Assembly: GCA_009103225.1 (NCBI GenBank)
Contig: RHPI01002533.1
Location: 1,741,186 to 1,805,185, forward strand
From: Chlorokybus atmophyticus
Taxonomy: Eukaryota > Plantae > Mesostigma and Chlorokybus algae
Direction: 5' to 3'
DNA: 64,000 bases
Below, piece after piece: positions 24,691 to 38,000 of this stretch. The position numbers and the translations under genes were made by a program. Under the pieces are notes generated by a model. That model ran no database searches and had not been told where the DNA came from. It saw nothing but the letters and a program-made list of their open reading frames with translations. Numbering within the stretch: position 1 is the stretch's first letter; each line of letters opens with the position of its first letter.

Positions 24691-26806
24691 CCATGTAAGC
24701 AACAAGCAGCAGCGTTGCATGCCTCACAGTGCATGCGCAATGTGCACATTGCCTGCCGTTGTAGCCGCTGAACTCATGGCCACAACCGCATCTCACCACT
24801 CCCACCTAGTTAGTTCTGCAGAGCCAGCTGCATACCAGGTTGACACAGATTAGTGCAGCCAACGTGCATGACAGAGTTCAAGCAGAGTCACTTAAAGCAG
24901 AGACGGTCTCTCCTTCAAGACTCACTGCGTGCCTTGTTGCATTTGAGCTTGATCAGCTCAACAGGACATGCAATAAAACGCGTGAGCAGTGGTAGTGATG
25001 ACAGTCACTGTCATCACAATGGTGTCAGCTACGTGCAAGCAAGTGACTTGTCGAGTAATAGGGCATCATTTGAAACCCAAGGGCTTGTAGCCGATAAAAC
25101 TTACATGCAGACCAGCTCAGCAACGGCGACATCACGAGTGCGATGCAGCAAGGCCAAGTGCATGGCAGTTCACCCACTGGCAATGCAGCATAAGTATAGA
25201 CACAGCCTGCCTAGCGCACAGACAAGGCACTGCAACAGACGTCTGCTGAGCGACGGCCACATCCGAGACTACATGAAAACCCTTTAGCATCATGTCACAC
25301 ACTAAGCATGGCATGGAAAGTATTGAACACTCCAACCATTTCACCAGCGGCAGCCAAGCACCTACTTTGCCTTCAATGTCAGCTCTGCGAGTCTGCCTGG
25401 CTCATTGTAGTCTTCTGCATGTACCACCCGCTGCTGCTCGTCCTCCTCGTTCTCCACCGCCCCGAATACAGCTGCCAGCGGTATACTGCTTGGCACCAAG
25501 CACACTGTAAGCTCTGCACAGTGCAGTCTGCACCAAGACTGTTTTGGCACAGCGCGCTTGCAGTTGTCTGTAGCCGACGATTTCATCTGTATCAATCTGT
25601 ACGGTAGGAGAGAATTGTCGTGTTGTCATTGAGTTGCTAAGCGCACCATGATACATAATGTGTAGCGAATTGCTACGCATTGCTACACATTGCTACATTG
25701 CTATTAGCAATGCACTCTGCTTGTCAAGCAATGCCTGAGTGGTTTACTCAATTCATGTAATGTGACAAAAGGGTTGCTTTTATACAATTGATGGATCTAT
25801 TGTTTCATGCCATTCACAACAATGTTACCTTCTTATCTAGACAATTTCGTTTTAAATTATATAAACTTCGTATTTAATTGTTAAATTGTTATGGAAAACT
25901 ATAAACAAATCTAAGATCATGTGTTGAATTGGTTATTGTTGTATAATACATAATAGCGTTAAGCTTGATTACGATGATGTTGATACATAATATTTTGAAC
26001 ATAGGCTCAATGCAATGCTGCTGTGTGATTGTTGCATGCAACACCTACTGTAACACTGGCACTTTGATCAATAGACAATGGCAAAAAAAGTCGCTACCAT
26101 GTGAAGAGTCACATATTTCATGTTGTATCAAGTGTGTGAGTTCAGCCCACAGTTGTTAATTTATCAAATATGATACATACTTGTATTAGTATTTAATTCA
26201 ATGCATATATATGCATATACATGTATATATATATACATGTATATTTTTATATGGAAAAGTTTATTATACAGCAAAAATTTATGTAATTATAACCGTAAAA
26301 TGAGCAAGAGGTATAGATAATGGCGTGTGTTGAATACACTCTGATGTTAAACATCATCATCGTCGTATGGCACGCTTGTGTCCACACACCCTAGCAAAAC
26401 AAAAGTTAGAGCTTTGGATTTAGGGCAATGCAGCATTGCCCCCCCCATTGTTTGCGAACTCACCCATCAAAAGATTCATCTGGGGCCTTGCCCTATGGGC
26501 CCTATGGGCCGTAGGCAATGGTTCAGTGGCCCTCTCCCCTTGCGTTTGCGCCAATTGCACCAACCGTCGATCCTGCGGCCAGGACCATCCAACGGCCTGA
26601 GCGGCCGGCTGACATGGCAGATCCGCGCAGCTGCTGCTGCATGCAAGCCAAGGGCAGCATACAGATCTCCTGCCATCACTGAGGTTGTTGGTGGTAGTGC
26701 TGGTGTGCGCGTGGACGTGCTTGCGGAGAACGTGGGTGGCGAAGACGTTTTGCAGGGGACAGGCGGAGTGGAGTGGTGAGTTCGATTTTGTGTTGCGGTG
26801 TTAAGC

Positions 26807-28410
26807 ATGGCGTGGGTGGTGCGTGGAGGGTCGCTGAGGCGCCTGGTGCAGCAGCAGAGGTGGATGCTGGCGAGGGCTGCTGCTGTTGCGCCAGCGGACG
26901 GAGCAGCCTCGGTTGCGCTGCAGCAGTCGAGGCTGGTGCACTTTACGCCTGCGGTGCGTGGACGCTTGTAGTCGTGCTTGTCACAGCAGTACCTATGCTA
27001 GAAGAGCTGAAGCCCCTTTGTCCATCATGCTAGCACCGTGCACACAATGACTTGCTTGCAGAATGCAAGTGCAAGCATGCATATGCACGGAGTGCGAGTA
27101 TGACAGGTGTAAGCTGTCAATTTGAGGCTGTGAAGCCTGAGTGAAGCAGTTGTCAAAATTTCGTGTGCGGCAATGCCTGCCTGTAGGCACGAATCAGGTG
27201 ACCAGCTGGCATGACCAAATGCATGTTCTGCTGTGCCACGGTGCAGCTTGCTGCTCAAACACGGCCTGGTCGCTACGACGAGGCGACGGAGCGAACCCCG
27301 AAGGCGATCTTCAACCAGGCGGATGATGTCCCGAATTACAACAAGGAGGACCCAAACGAGCAGCAGAGCAGCGACCAATCTGGTCAGCCGGACGCCTTTG
27401 ACGAGCGCGGCAGCCTGCGCACGACTACCATGCGCAGTATACTGAAACAGCAGGTGGCAGTGTGGGAGTCATCACGAGTGGGGTTGTTTTCTCAACTGCA
27501 ATACTCGTCTGTAACTTACTCATGGTTTGGCTTCAGGAAGGCGCAGAAAAAGGCAAGTGGCTGTGGGTGTCTGAGGACGATGACGTGATGAAGGCTGTAC
27601 ATATGGTAGGTGCACTCCTTACAACAGCGCAGGCTTGCAAGCGCAGCTTCTTCGTTCAATTCACAGCCACGTGTGCATGTGTAACAATGCATGCATAAAA
27701 TTGCATGTGGTAATCTAAGCACACATGCAGATGGTGAAGGAGAATGTGGGAGCTGTGGTTGTTATGAAGGCCAGTTCCACAGCACCTGCTAGTGGCGGTG
27801 GAGCGGGCAAGGAGGCTAAAGCAGACGCAGGACAAGAGAGGACTGTGGCAGGCATATTGAAGGAACGAGGTGAGGCTTGTGACCACGTCCTGTGTCCCTG
27901 TCACAACGATTATGATACATTGCACAACAATGCCTGCCGCTTATTGACATGCATGTTGCAAGCAGTCCTACTGACATGCAGTCCCACTGATGGTTTCTGC
28001 GTCATTTTCACCGTCTTGTATGTCTGGTGACTTAATGCAGATGTTCTGAGCAAGGTCGTGACAGCCGGCAAGGATATGTCCTCAACACATGCTCGGGACA
28101 TCATGACGCCAAAGCACGAGATGGTCAGCGTGACACCTGATACCACAGCTTTGAGCGCACTCGACACAATGGCCAAGCACCGAATCAAGCACATTCCTGT
28201 GATTGATGGTGAAACACTCAATGGAATGGTGTCTATGGGAGACTTGGTAAGTACGCAAAGTCGGTATGTCTACTAGTATGCGTGTGCTTATATACTGCCT
28301 GGCGGACAATGACAGAGTGTTGCGTGGTGCAGATTGAGCGGGTTGTCCAGGAGCTATCACGAGATACCGATGAGTTGAGACAGTACGTGTCTCGGAGTGA
28401 GTACATGTAA
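26807..28410 (+). CDS. CBS-domain (Bateman) protein, CBSX3-like, probable mitochondrial transit peptide; 6 exons
   Basis: Exons ~26807-26953, 27247-27453, 27537-27605, 27731-27869, 28041-28246 and 28333-28410 join in frame through GT..AG introns. Motifs WLWVSEDDDV..AV..MVKENVGAVVV, VAGILKERD, DIMTP, TVTPDT-like, IKHIPVID, GMVSMGDL. Arg/Ala-rich N-terminus. Confidence 0.88.
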
Positions 28411-29280
28411 ACAGTACGTGTAAGAATAGCACAAATTTAGTGCAAACCTTCGGTTGCACATGCTTGGCCAACTCGTGGTAGAAAGCGTAGTGTTGTCCAC
28501 ATTCCTGTGTAAATTATTTTTGCTGTTAGTGGTCTCATGGTGAGGTGTCCAGGGGCAACTGTCCATTGACTTGACGTGTTTAATAGCACCGAGTGCTAGC
28601 CTGCTGGAACTGGTAGGAACAATGGACTTGCGATTTGCTTGCCAGTGTAATGTGGCAACTAGGACAACTTAACGTGGTGGCGGCGAACAGATTCAATGTG
28701 GAACATTCTGACTCGCACAGAGCTAACAACTGGCTGCATTTCTGTTGCTGTGCGTGCATGCCATATGTTTCAGTTGGCCAATGATAATATTACTGTCCAA
28801 AAACATGCTGCAAGGTCCACATTTGTACATACTGGTAGTTCTCTGCACAAGTCTACCACCAGATGAGAAACGCCTGAGCACTCATTGACTACTATGTACT
28901 GATGCACGCTTTACTGCATATGTTTATGCATACCTTGTTCTTTCCTCGGACATAATGTCACACAGTTGCAAGCTCGTTGTTCTGTTGCCTTGCATGCGAA
29001 GCTACAAACCTGAAAATCTTACTCACAGCTTAGCAAGCAAGTAGACACTGGTACCAACGCAACAAGCACATTAGCCCTTGTGACATCGGTTGAAACATCT
29101 TGGCTCCAAACTTGCATCTGATGTTCAATTGGAGACCTGAACTGTGCAACGTTAACTTCAGCATTTGCGACAACCTGACTTCGGAACCAAGCTCACCTGA
29201 CAATATGCATGCCTCCTATTTTAATCAGCCCTTTCCAACTTACTCTGCCACAGCAAAATACAACACACCGCAAGCTACTG

Positions 29281-32200
29281 TCAAGTCCTCTGCTTCTTGC
29301 CTGTTTTCTGCTTTTTCTTTTTACTATCACTCTTTGACATGTCCCCGTTGTGATCCTCTGCTGCTGCTGTCGTGCCGTTAGCTTCCCTCTTCTTGCTGCT
29401 TTTGACACTCACTCGGCCACTGGCCGGCAGTCGGGCACCTGTCTCTAATGCAGCATCCAGGTCCTTCTCTCGCCCGCCAATGGAGTACTGAGATAAAGTC
29501 GACGCATCAAGAAGCTTCGCAGCCCGGTCTTTCAGCACCGCCCGCACTTCCCGCGCAGCCTCGTTCAGCTCTTCATCCACTGTAACAGGGTGAGGCTCCA
29601 TATTTACTTCCTTGACTGCAGGAAGAGTGCTCTCAACTCGCTTCTCATTCACCTGCAGCATAATCATGCATTTGAACAAGCCCTCAACTCAGAGTCCTTG
29701 ATGTTGAAAGTGCTGAGATCGAGGTGCGCTTATGACAACACACAGGAAACAGCTCAACACTATGCAGATGCACACACTGTCACATGCTGACCCAACACTT
29801 CGACATCATATAGCCAAACACCTAGCAACCCCGCTTACCTGCTGGATGAGGCCTGTCAACTTTCGTATCGCTTTGTTGAACAATGCCAAAAGCTGGTTTG
29901 ACGGCAACTTGAGATGCTTCTGCAACAGCAACATTGTGTCAAATACCAAAACCCACACACGCAAGAGCAGGCCCAGCTTAACACTGATGTGCGGCCTTTT
30001 CTACATAAACATGCAAACTGCTCACAACACACAATACCTCTATCCACTCCAACTCTTGGCGCTGAAGCCCAAGTGACAGCAGGATCGCTGCTTGACCGTA
30101 CGACAAAGTGGCAGGCAGCCCTTGTGCAAAGTACCCGCGTGCAAGGGACGGCACCAAGTCCAGCACCATGTGATAGTCCACAAGGTTGCGGGAGTACGAG
30201 TCCAACCTCTTAAGGTCGTATGGGGAGAACCCCGACACGAGCTCTTGTGAAGGGCCTTTGTTGGTCTCCTGTTCTGAGTATGTCAGCCGCGGGTCGAGTA
30301 TGCTTAAAGCAAGTGCGGGCGGGAAATCTTTAAAGCCAAACCCAAGCAGCTCACGCATGCGCGCTTTGAAGTCAACAGCAAATGGAGCAAGCCAGCTGTC
30401 GCCGTCCAACGGCTTCTCCACATCATCTGTTCGCAGCGGTCTCAACATAATGCACGTGTGCTCTCCAGTGATGTCATTTGGGGTCTGGCGCAGATACACT
30501 GGTTGGAAATCGTGCTTGCGCCAGAAGTTGAACAGTCCTTGCGTTAGCCCAGATGACGTGCCAACATACTGTAAATGCTCAGGGCGGCGCTCGCTCAGGT
30601 TCATCAAAAGAGGAGGCAGATTGCTGCGCGGCTTGATCTGTTCTGTCAACAAGGACTCGCCCTCATCGACAGCAGGCTTTGCAACCGTTGTGGTGCTGGG
30701 CAGTTCTGTCTCACTTAGGTCTGTCAGCTGTCCTTCGAAATACCTGGCAAACAATGTACCAACAACTTACTCACTGACTTCTCTTAGCGACCCGACACAC
30801 TGATTCCCGGCGATTGCAACAAGTTACAGATCTTTGCGTTGCACTAACTCACCTTGACAGCAGCTCCACAGCTCGGCCTCCATACCCGGCCCGCATCAGG
30901 TCTGGGTGGCACGCTATCCTCACAATGCGTGCGCCAGACAGCCTTGGAAACTCTGCGTCCTGCAGTGCAACAGTAAGAGCTCTTCATAAACTCAAGCACT
31001 CAACCAGGCATGAACACGCATGCGCACAAGCACGTGCACACATGCATACGTACGCGCGCACACACAATCACCTGAAACTGCTGTGAGATTGTCCAGGGAA
31101 TCAAGTCTCCCTGCGGCTGGAACCCTTGAGACAAGCCCTTCAAGGCGGACTGTTTCGATATCTCTCCTTCCAAGCACACCTGACAAAGAAACACCACTTG
31201 ACCCACCGCAAACTCCAACAGCATCATACATGTGGACTGCTAACAGGAGACATACCTGGACAACACAGAGTATGTCTGGCAAAGCATTCTTGGTCTCATC
31301 AACAGGTCCGAGCAGCACAAACAAATGATGTGCGGGTGCATCGGATATCATCTGCAGGTCATTGGGAGTATTTTTGTAGTGACTTGCCACATACAGAGCC
31401 ATCATGCGCTGCAGGAAAGCTTCGCTGGCTTTGTGGAAGGAGAACAGCGTGTCTCTGTTGACATAATAGAGGTCGCACTCGCCCGGGTGAGGCAGCCGGC
31501 CTGTGATGTGCGGGATGTGCTTCGCAGCATCAAGACACAACAACTCGTTCAACCAGCTCTCAATGACGTCACCGGAAGCATAACGGATGGGTTCAGCAAG
31601 CTCAACCTCCTTGAACACGCGGCCCGAACCACTCACTCCACCAGCTTGATGTTGCTCCTTCTCCGACGTGGATAAAAACTTTGTGCTTTGCTCCCGCAAC
31701 TGCTGTATCAACTTGAGAGACAATGAGCGCCCTGTGCCTTCATACCTGTGGTCCACCTGTCAGTAATGACAAATCTACAACACAGTGCTTTTCACCATGC
31801 ATGAGGAGTTCAGCCATACCCATTGATAGTAGAGCACATGAAGACCAAATAAGGCCCCAGCAGCTTCTTGACAACAGGCAACGGGATGGCCGCCGCCTCG
31901 TCAATGACCAGCAGCTCAGCCTGGGCGAGCCGCTCATGGTGCTGCGGCTGTATGTACTGGATGGTTTGCCGATGCTGCCTGAACACGTTCACGCGCACGA
32001 TGGCTTTGTTAAAGGACGGGTTCGTGCTTTCCACCAACTCGTAGTCAATGTGCTCCTGCAAAGATCATAATTGTGTCAGCACACCTGAACCATGATTCAA
32101 CAAGCCTTTGTCTCAAGAAGGTGCATGACGCATGAAACTTACCTTGTAGTCCATCGCGTCAAAGCCTTTAAACACAAACTCAAACAACGTCTTCAAGTTC

Positions 32201-34354
32201 TCTGGGCTTGGCGAGGTCACAAAGATGTTGGAATACCTGCAAACATAACAGAGAGCTTACTACTGTTGACTCAAGACAGCGACGAGTAAAGTTTCTTCAA
32301 AACCCAAGAGTGAGTGAGTGGTAAAATGCATATGCATTATGCAAACTGGTAAGTGCACTTGCAGCCTGTACAAACCAACAACCAACATGTGTCATAACAC
32401 GACGCGTTGACATGTGCTTAAACCATACCCGAGAGCCACCGCACCGGCCATGGCCAATCCCAATGCAGCAGACTTGCCGCGCCCTCGCGATGCTGTGAGA
32501 GCCACTGTGCTGCGAAGCGTCTTTTCGGACACGGCATCCAGAAATGTAATCACAGCTTTTGCCTGCAATCACAAATGTCAAGTCCGCTGCTACAGCATTG
32601 GCATACTCTCCCCCTGCAATGCACGTTATCTATGGGAGCTTCGCATCAATAGCAGACCTGGTCCAGTGTCCTGCACTTGTCAATGAGGCTCCCGACAGGC
32701 TGCGTGTCCTTCAAAGACAGCTTCAAGTCCCTCAACTCTTGTTCAGCTTCTGTAAGCGTCTCCCCTTCCTGACACAAAGAGCGTTGACTTTGCTGCACTA
32801 CCTCTACACTGTCCCACGCACACACGCACCCGTACACAAACATTGAGCACAACGCACCTCAGTTGGTGGTACAGCTTGCAGCGAGCGTATGTGTGTAGAG
32901 ACGGGTAGGATGTTCAGCTCATCGTCCATCACAACGCATCCTCGGCAGGCCGCCAAGGACAGCAGAAACCTCTCGTTGAAGCGTGCAACCACATCTGCAT
33001 GCGATTCTGTGCGAAAGCGAGCGTGCACATCCTACATCAGCAAGACATGTCAATAGACACTTAATCCACCTAATTACATAGTACTTGAATGCAGTGTCCC
33101 GCCAATACTAATAACCACTGCAATGACAGTGAGTACCATGGTTATATTGTACAGCTTTGTGAGGGAGTTGAGGGAGCTCAGGAGCAACACGACGATGCCG
33201 CCGCCTTCAACAGTCTCGATTGTGCGTGCCAGCAGGTTGGGTGTCAAGGCCTCAAAATCCTGGTGGCAACCTAATCAGGGTAAACTCTACATGTTCATGC
33301 AACAACATTGCTAACATCGCTAACATAAACTAATGGCTGTTTGCTTGTGCAGCTGGCTTGCAAAATGTCATGCGCATGCCAGGTGAGTGTGCTCATCAGA
33401 CACTCCAATCACCTGAAGGACGCACATGCCATAAGTGTTGCCGAGGATCTTGTGCGTCTCAGCGTAGTAGCAGTAACGAATGTTTGTGGAGGCTACAAAC
33501 AGCGAGAACGGGTCATCCTTCTCCGGATCCAACAACCCGCGCTGCATCATCGTCTTGATCTGCTTCATGCGCTTTTTCTTGTGACTGCACACAACCAATC
33601 AGCACTGTTTTCCATGTTGCATGTTGTCAACAGCTGACAAATGTCAAGCAACTGCTTCTGCAAGTACCTGCTTAGGTACAAGTCCTTCTTGTAGCACCAA
33701 AGCACAGACGGTCGCGCTTTGACAACTGCTTTGGACAGCATGTAATGCAGGTTGACAACCTGTGAGCAAGGCAGCCCACACAGCTAGTCAGCAAGTGAAT
33801 TGTGAACAGTAGCATGTGCATGCGGACTATCAAACATGCATGCCTGCTATAGTAGTATGCTCAGCTACAAACCCTCATACGGTGTCTGTGAGGTAACATT
33901 GCATATACTTGTATGCACTGCAACAAACACCACAACAAGAACGCTGCATTAGCAGCAACCAAGCTGCTATACTTACAGAGTGTCAAACTTGTCTGGCAAG
34001 CAATATGCAAGTTACAGCAGTAAGGCTGTGTACAACCTGAATGCGAGCATGAAGTATCGCAGTGCGCTGCATGCACACGATGAGGTTGGATGGATTGCCA
34101 GCAAACAAACTGCGAGTGCAACTTGTAAACTTGCGCTCATGGGTAAATCTGAGCATAAATGACGTTGCAAAGGTGTAATCAGACATGCACAATATAGAAT
34201 TCAGTCGTAACCAGTAGCCCAGCCTGAGCTTGCTGCTCAACAGCCCCACCTGGTCCCGCCCCTTATCCCCAACCACCACAAACAGCGAGCGCTGCCGCGT
34301 CCTGACGCCATTCTCCACAAGCGTCCTGATACGAGCATCCACCTTCTTCCTCAT
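29281..34354 (-). CDS. NAT10: RNA cytidine acetyltransferase (18S rRNA/tRNA ac4C; Kre33 orthologue), multi-exon
   Basis: MRKKVDARIRTLVENGV..RQRSLFVVVGDKGRDQ; DPFSLFVASTNIRYCYY; RFNERFLLSL; TASRGRGKSAALG; IDEAAAIPLP; STINGYEGTGRSL; LYVASHYKNTPNDL; GDLIPW; YLRQTPN..TGEHTC; C-terminal tRNA-binding region and Lys-rich tail ending TGA at 29281-29283. Confidence 0.97.
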
Positions 34355-34700
34355 TTTGCCGACCACCTCGTCCTCCTGGTCGTCCTCCTCGCCGCCGCCG
34401 CCGCCGCTGCGGAAGGGAACTTTTGCGCCCTAAAGGTTCAATTATATTTGATCGCGATCAGCCAAACTATAACACGAGATCTGAACCGGGTCGATCGACC
34501 CACCGTTGTTGCCTGGAAAATGCTAAAAATAAGCACAGGCCTGCCAGGTGCCAGGCGGCGGCGGCGGCGGCGGCGGTCGCGTGGCTGGCGGCGTAATTGG
34601 GGTGAATTTACCCCTGAATTGGTGTCAAGGACTAGGATAGCGTGCTGTCGCGGATGGGAACGTGCTGGTGGCAGGCGTAATGGGGGTGGCACTGGAGCAG
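34355..34700. promoter_or_regulatory. GC-rich divergent promoter/5' UTR region between NAT10 and the downstream + strand gene
   Basis: (GCC)n/(GGC)n tracts and high GC between two divergently oriented genes; inferred from position only. Confidence 0.35.
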
Positions 34701-35005
34701 GGGAGATCTGAAGGTGTGCAGTGCTGTGTTCAAGCAATGTCAGTTGTCTATGTGTGTCTACGCGAAACAACGATGATACTGGAATTGAGCATCTTCCAGT
34801 GCCTGATGAGCTGTGTTGCCGTGCGTGCTAGTCTTGGAGTCACTGTTTGAGTGCCACGTGACGAGGAGTGACTCGGCCATGCTTGTGTGCCACATTGTGC
34901 TTCAACGCTTTGGCACTACTGAAATCGCATAAAACTTGCGCTTCTGAATATGAATTTCAAATTGTAACGCTTAGCAGAAATCATCCAGTCACAGCTGTCC
35001 GTAAG

Positions 35006-38000
35006 ATGAGCAGTCAACTGAGGTCCTACACTCTCCTGCTGCTGGTACAGTGTACTGCTGGCTTTCGCTTTACACAGTGCGGTGGCATTGCACAATGGTG
35101 AATAAACGGGGGGAACGTTGTCGCTGGCTCTCATTTTATGATAAACTATGCTAAACTATGGTTAAATTCATGCTAAAATTCATATGTATAAACATGTGGC
35201 TCAGGACAGCTTTGTTTTAGCACAATTGTGCTTGCTGGTCTTTGCAGTCCTCGGTGTTCAAGTGTACGGACAACTTTGCAACAACCAGATAATCAGTCTC
35301 CTGCACCTTTCTGAGACAAGTCACGCAATGCAAGAGCAACATACATTCCATCTGAGACAAATACACCACGCTTGCAGTGCGGCGCAGGTTGTTTCCGGAA
35401 GCCTCCACCAGCTCTCAGAAACCATCCGGATCAGAGCGCAGCATGCCGCACACTGAGCGCTTGAGGGTACGCTTGCAACACGTTCAAGCACAAGACAACT
35501 CCACTCTTGGTTGGCAATGCTAATACTGTAGCTTCGTGTACAGGGCGACTCAAGTACAGCCCAGTTAGCAGGCGACTATAGCAAACAACAAGGTGAGAGG
35601 AAGAAAGAATATAAACTCTAGCCCAGCCTGTTCTAATCTAGTGTAGCAACTGAGGCTTCTTCTCGTTTGTGATGTTCAGCATTGATTGATCACCTTTTCT
35701 GTGCAGACTCTCATCGGCCGCTTCTGCTAGTGCTAACAGTGGAGATTGATCAAGACCGCTCCGGCACTGTTGAGGTGAGCCAACGACAAACAACCAAGGT
35801 AGTCAATCTTGTGATGTTACATGGCCTGAACATGTGTGTTTTTCTTACAGGTGCGCGAAGGCGATGATCCGCAGGCGCTTGCGAGGAGCTTCATCGATCA
35901 GCACGGACTGGCCGAGCACATTGCAGCACCTCTCAGCCAGCACATTGCACAGAACATTGCACAAATTCCAGTCCTCAGGTGAGTGACAATAATCATGAGT
36001 GGTGAAAGACTTACAAGCAATGGCCAAGCATTGACTATATTGCATGCAGAAGGGCCCAAAGTGCGCCCACCACACCTCAGCATGCTGGCCATCCGCGTAG
36101 CGAAGACTCGCAAACTTTTGTTGATGCGCGCATGAGGCCGCAGTCGGCTGGCGAGCATCACAGGATGCGGTAAGCACACACACAGACACACACACACGCA
36201 CGCGCAGACATACACAACCCAGGTTAGCAAGCACGAATCCTCCTGCCACCTTGGTTCATGTTGGTATTTTATTGCAGGGCTGCAACGGATGGTTCTGTAT
36301 ATTCTCGACTCTATGTTGAAGCAAACGAGCAGCGAGGGCGTACTGAAAGCTTACGTCGGGTGAGTGTAACCAAGGTGATGTGTTACACAACTATGTGTGC
36401 GACAATGTAGGTGCTCACGTGTGTTATTGTACGCAGAACCTGGAGGCAGAGCGGCGTGCAGAGCTCGCGTCAACGCGTGTAGGGATCTGCAAAATAAGCA
36501 GCGAGCTCATGCGCCACCGTGGCATAGGGGCTTATGGCAACTACGGCGAGCGCTTGTATGTTGAAGGCGTCCTGCAGGTAGAGTGCATGCGCAGGCGTGC
36601 ATGTGCATTTGTGTGTACATGCGTGTGGGCGTGCACGTGTGTGTTTGTGTGCACATGCGCATGCGCGCGCGCATGTTGTTCTGTACAAGTGGAAGGATAT
36701 GGAAGCATGAGATCAACAACAATCGAATGTGTGTAGAGACAGGCCAAGCGCGTGCAAGAAGAGGCAGCGGAGCGTGAGCGCGCGGCGACAGAGGGTGCGG
36801 CGCTGCTGTTCAAACCGGAGATCAGCGACTTTGCGCGCGCCCTCGGGCGCGAACCCGCCGCCGCCGCCCTCGTGCGCAGGAGACACGAAGAGCATAAGCG
36901 CCGCAAAATGGCGCTCGTCAAACAAGAGCTTGAACAGGTGAGTGGCTACTTCATAGTTGCCTCATGTGTGCGTGCGCGCGTGCCTGCGTGTGATGTAGGG
37001 CAACATCCACACTTGTCTCCTTGTGCCTATCTCTCAGCAGCTTATCCTTCACAAGCTCCAACACAGTGTGTGTGTGCACGCGGGTGTGTCACATCGTTGT
37101 TATGATTTTCGTGCATGACGCCACCAGTGAGTACCTGTCAACATACTCAGCAATTAGTAGAGCCACAGCGAGTGGTATGACTGATGTTGATGCTTGTTGT
37201 ATCAGCAACGGTACGAGGAGTGCACCTTCCGGCCTGCAGTAAACAGAAAGAGTGAGCGCATAACACGCGAGCGTATGGAAGCCCTTAGACACCACAACAT
37301 CCCTTACCACGAGCAGCTTTTCCAAGATGCAGAACGCCGCCAACAGCGCCTTCAAGTAAGTTGTTGTACATACAAGCTGGTTTTGTGAATTACAGAGCAA
37401 ACATCTCACAACATGCGCGCCCGCAGGAGTATCAGACGTACGCTCCTCCCGACTTGACATTCCAACCACAGCTCATAGCAACCCCACCGAATCAGCGCCC
37501 ATTGGAAAGGTAACACCATCTCACACATTGCGTGAAGACAGAGTAATAAAGATTGCACCGGCATGGATAAGTGTGTATGCGCGCATGCGTCCGCGTGTGT
37601 GTGTGCGTGTGTAACTTAACAGCCGTCGCCTTTGAACAGGGAGATAGGCTTTAGCAGCAGCAGTGAGGAGGGAGACAGGGATGGGAGCAATGCGCCGGGT
37701 TGCTCGTTCCTGGAGCGCGTGGCGGCCACGCACACGCGCACGCAACGCAGACTGGAGGAGGCTCGCGCCAACGGGCTCACCGATCCCGAAACAGGCAAAC
37801 CCTTCTTCCATCCTCGAACCGGCCGCGCACCCTCTTATCAGGTACTTGTGGCTGTTCTTATACTTGTTGCCTGAGGGTTCTGTACATGTTGTTATGTTTG
37901 TCTCCTTGACATAGTGGTGCTATGTACAGCGAAACTCTTCCAACCTGCCTATTGGTGACTTCTTGTACGCTATGCGATATGAGTTCTCTGACAAGAAAGA

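Noticed and set aside
30186-32070. Plus-strand ORFs of 100-205 aa overlapping NAT10, and similar antisense ORFs over pol and ANK
   Set aside because: Shadow ORFs antisense to well-supported genes, with no recognisable motifs.
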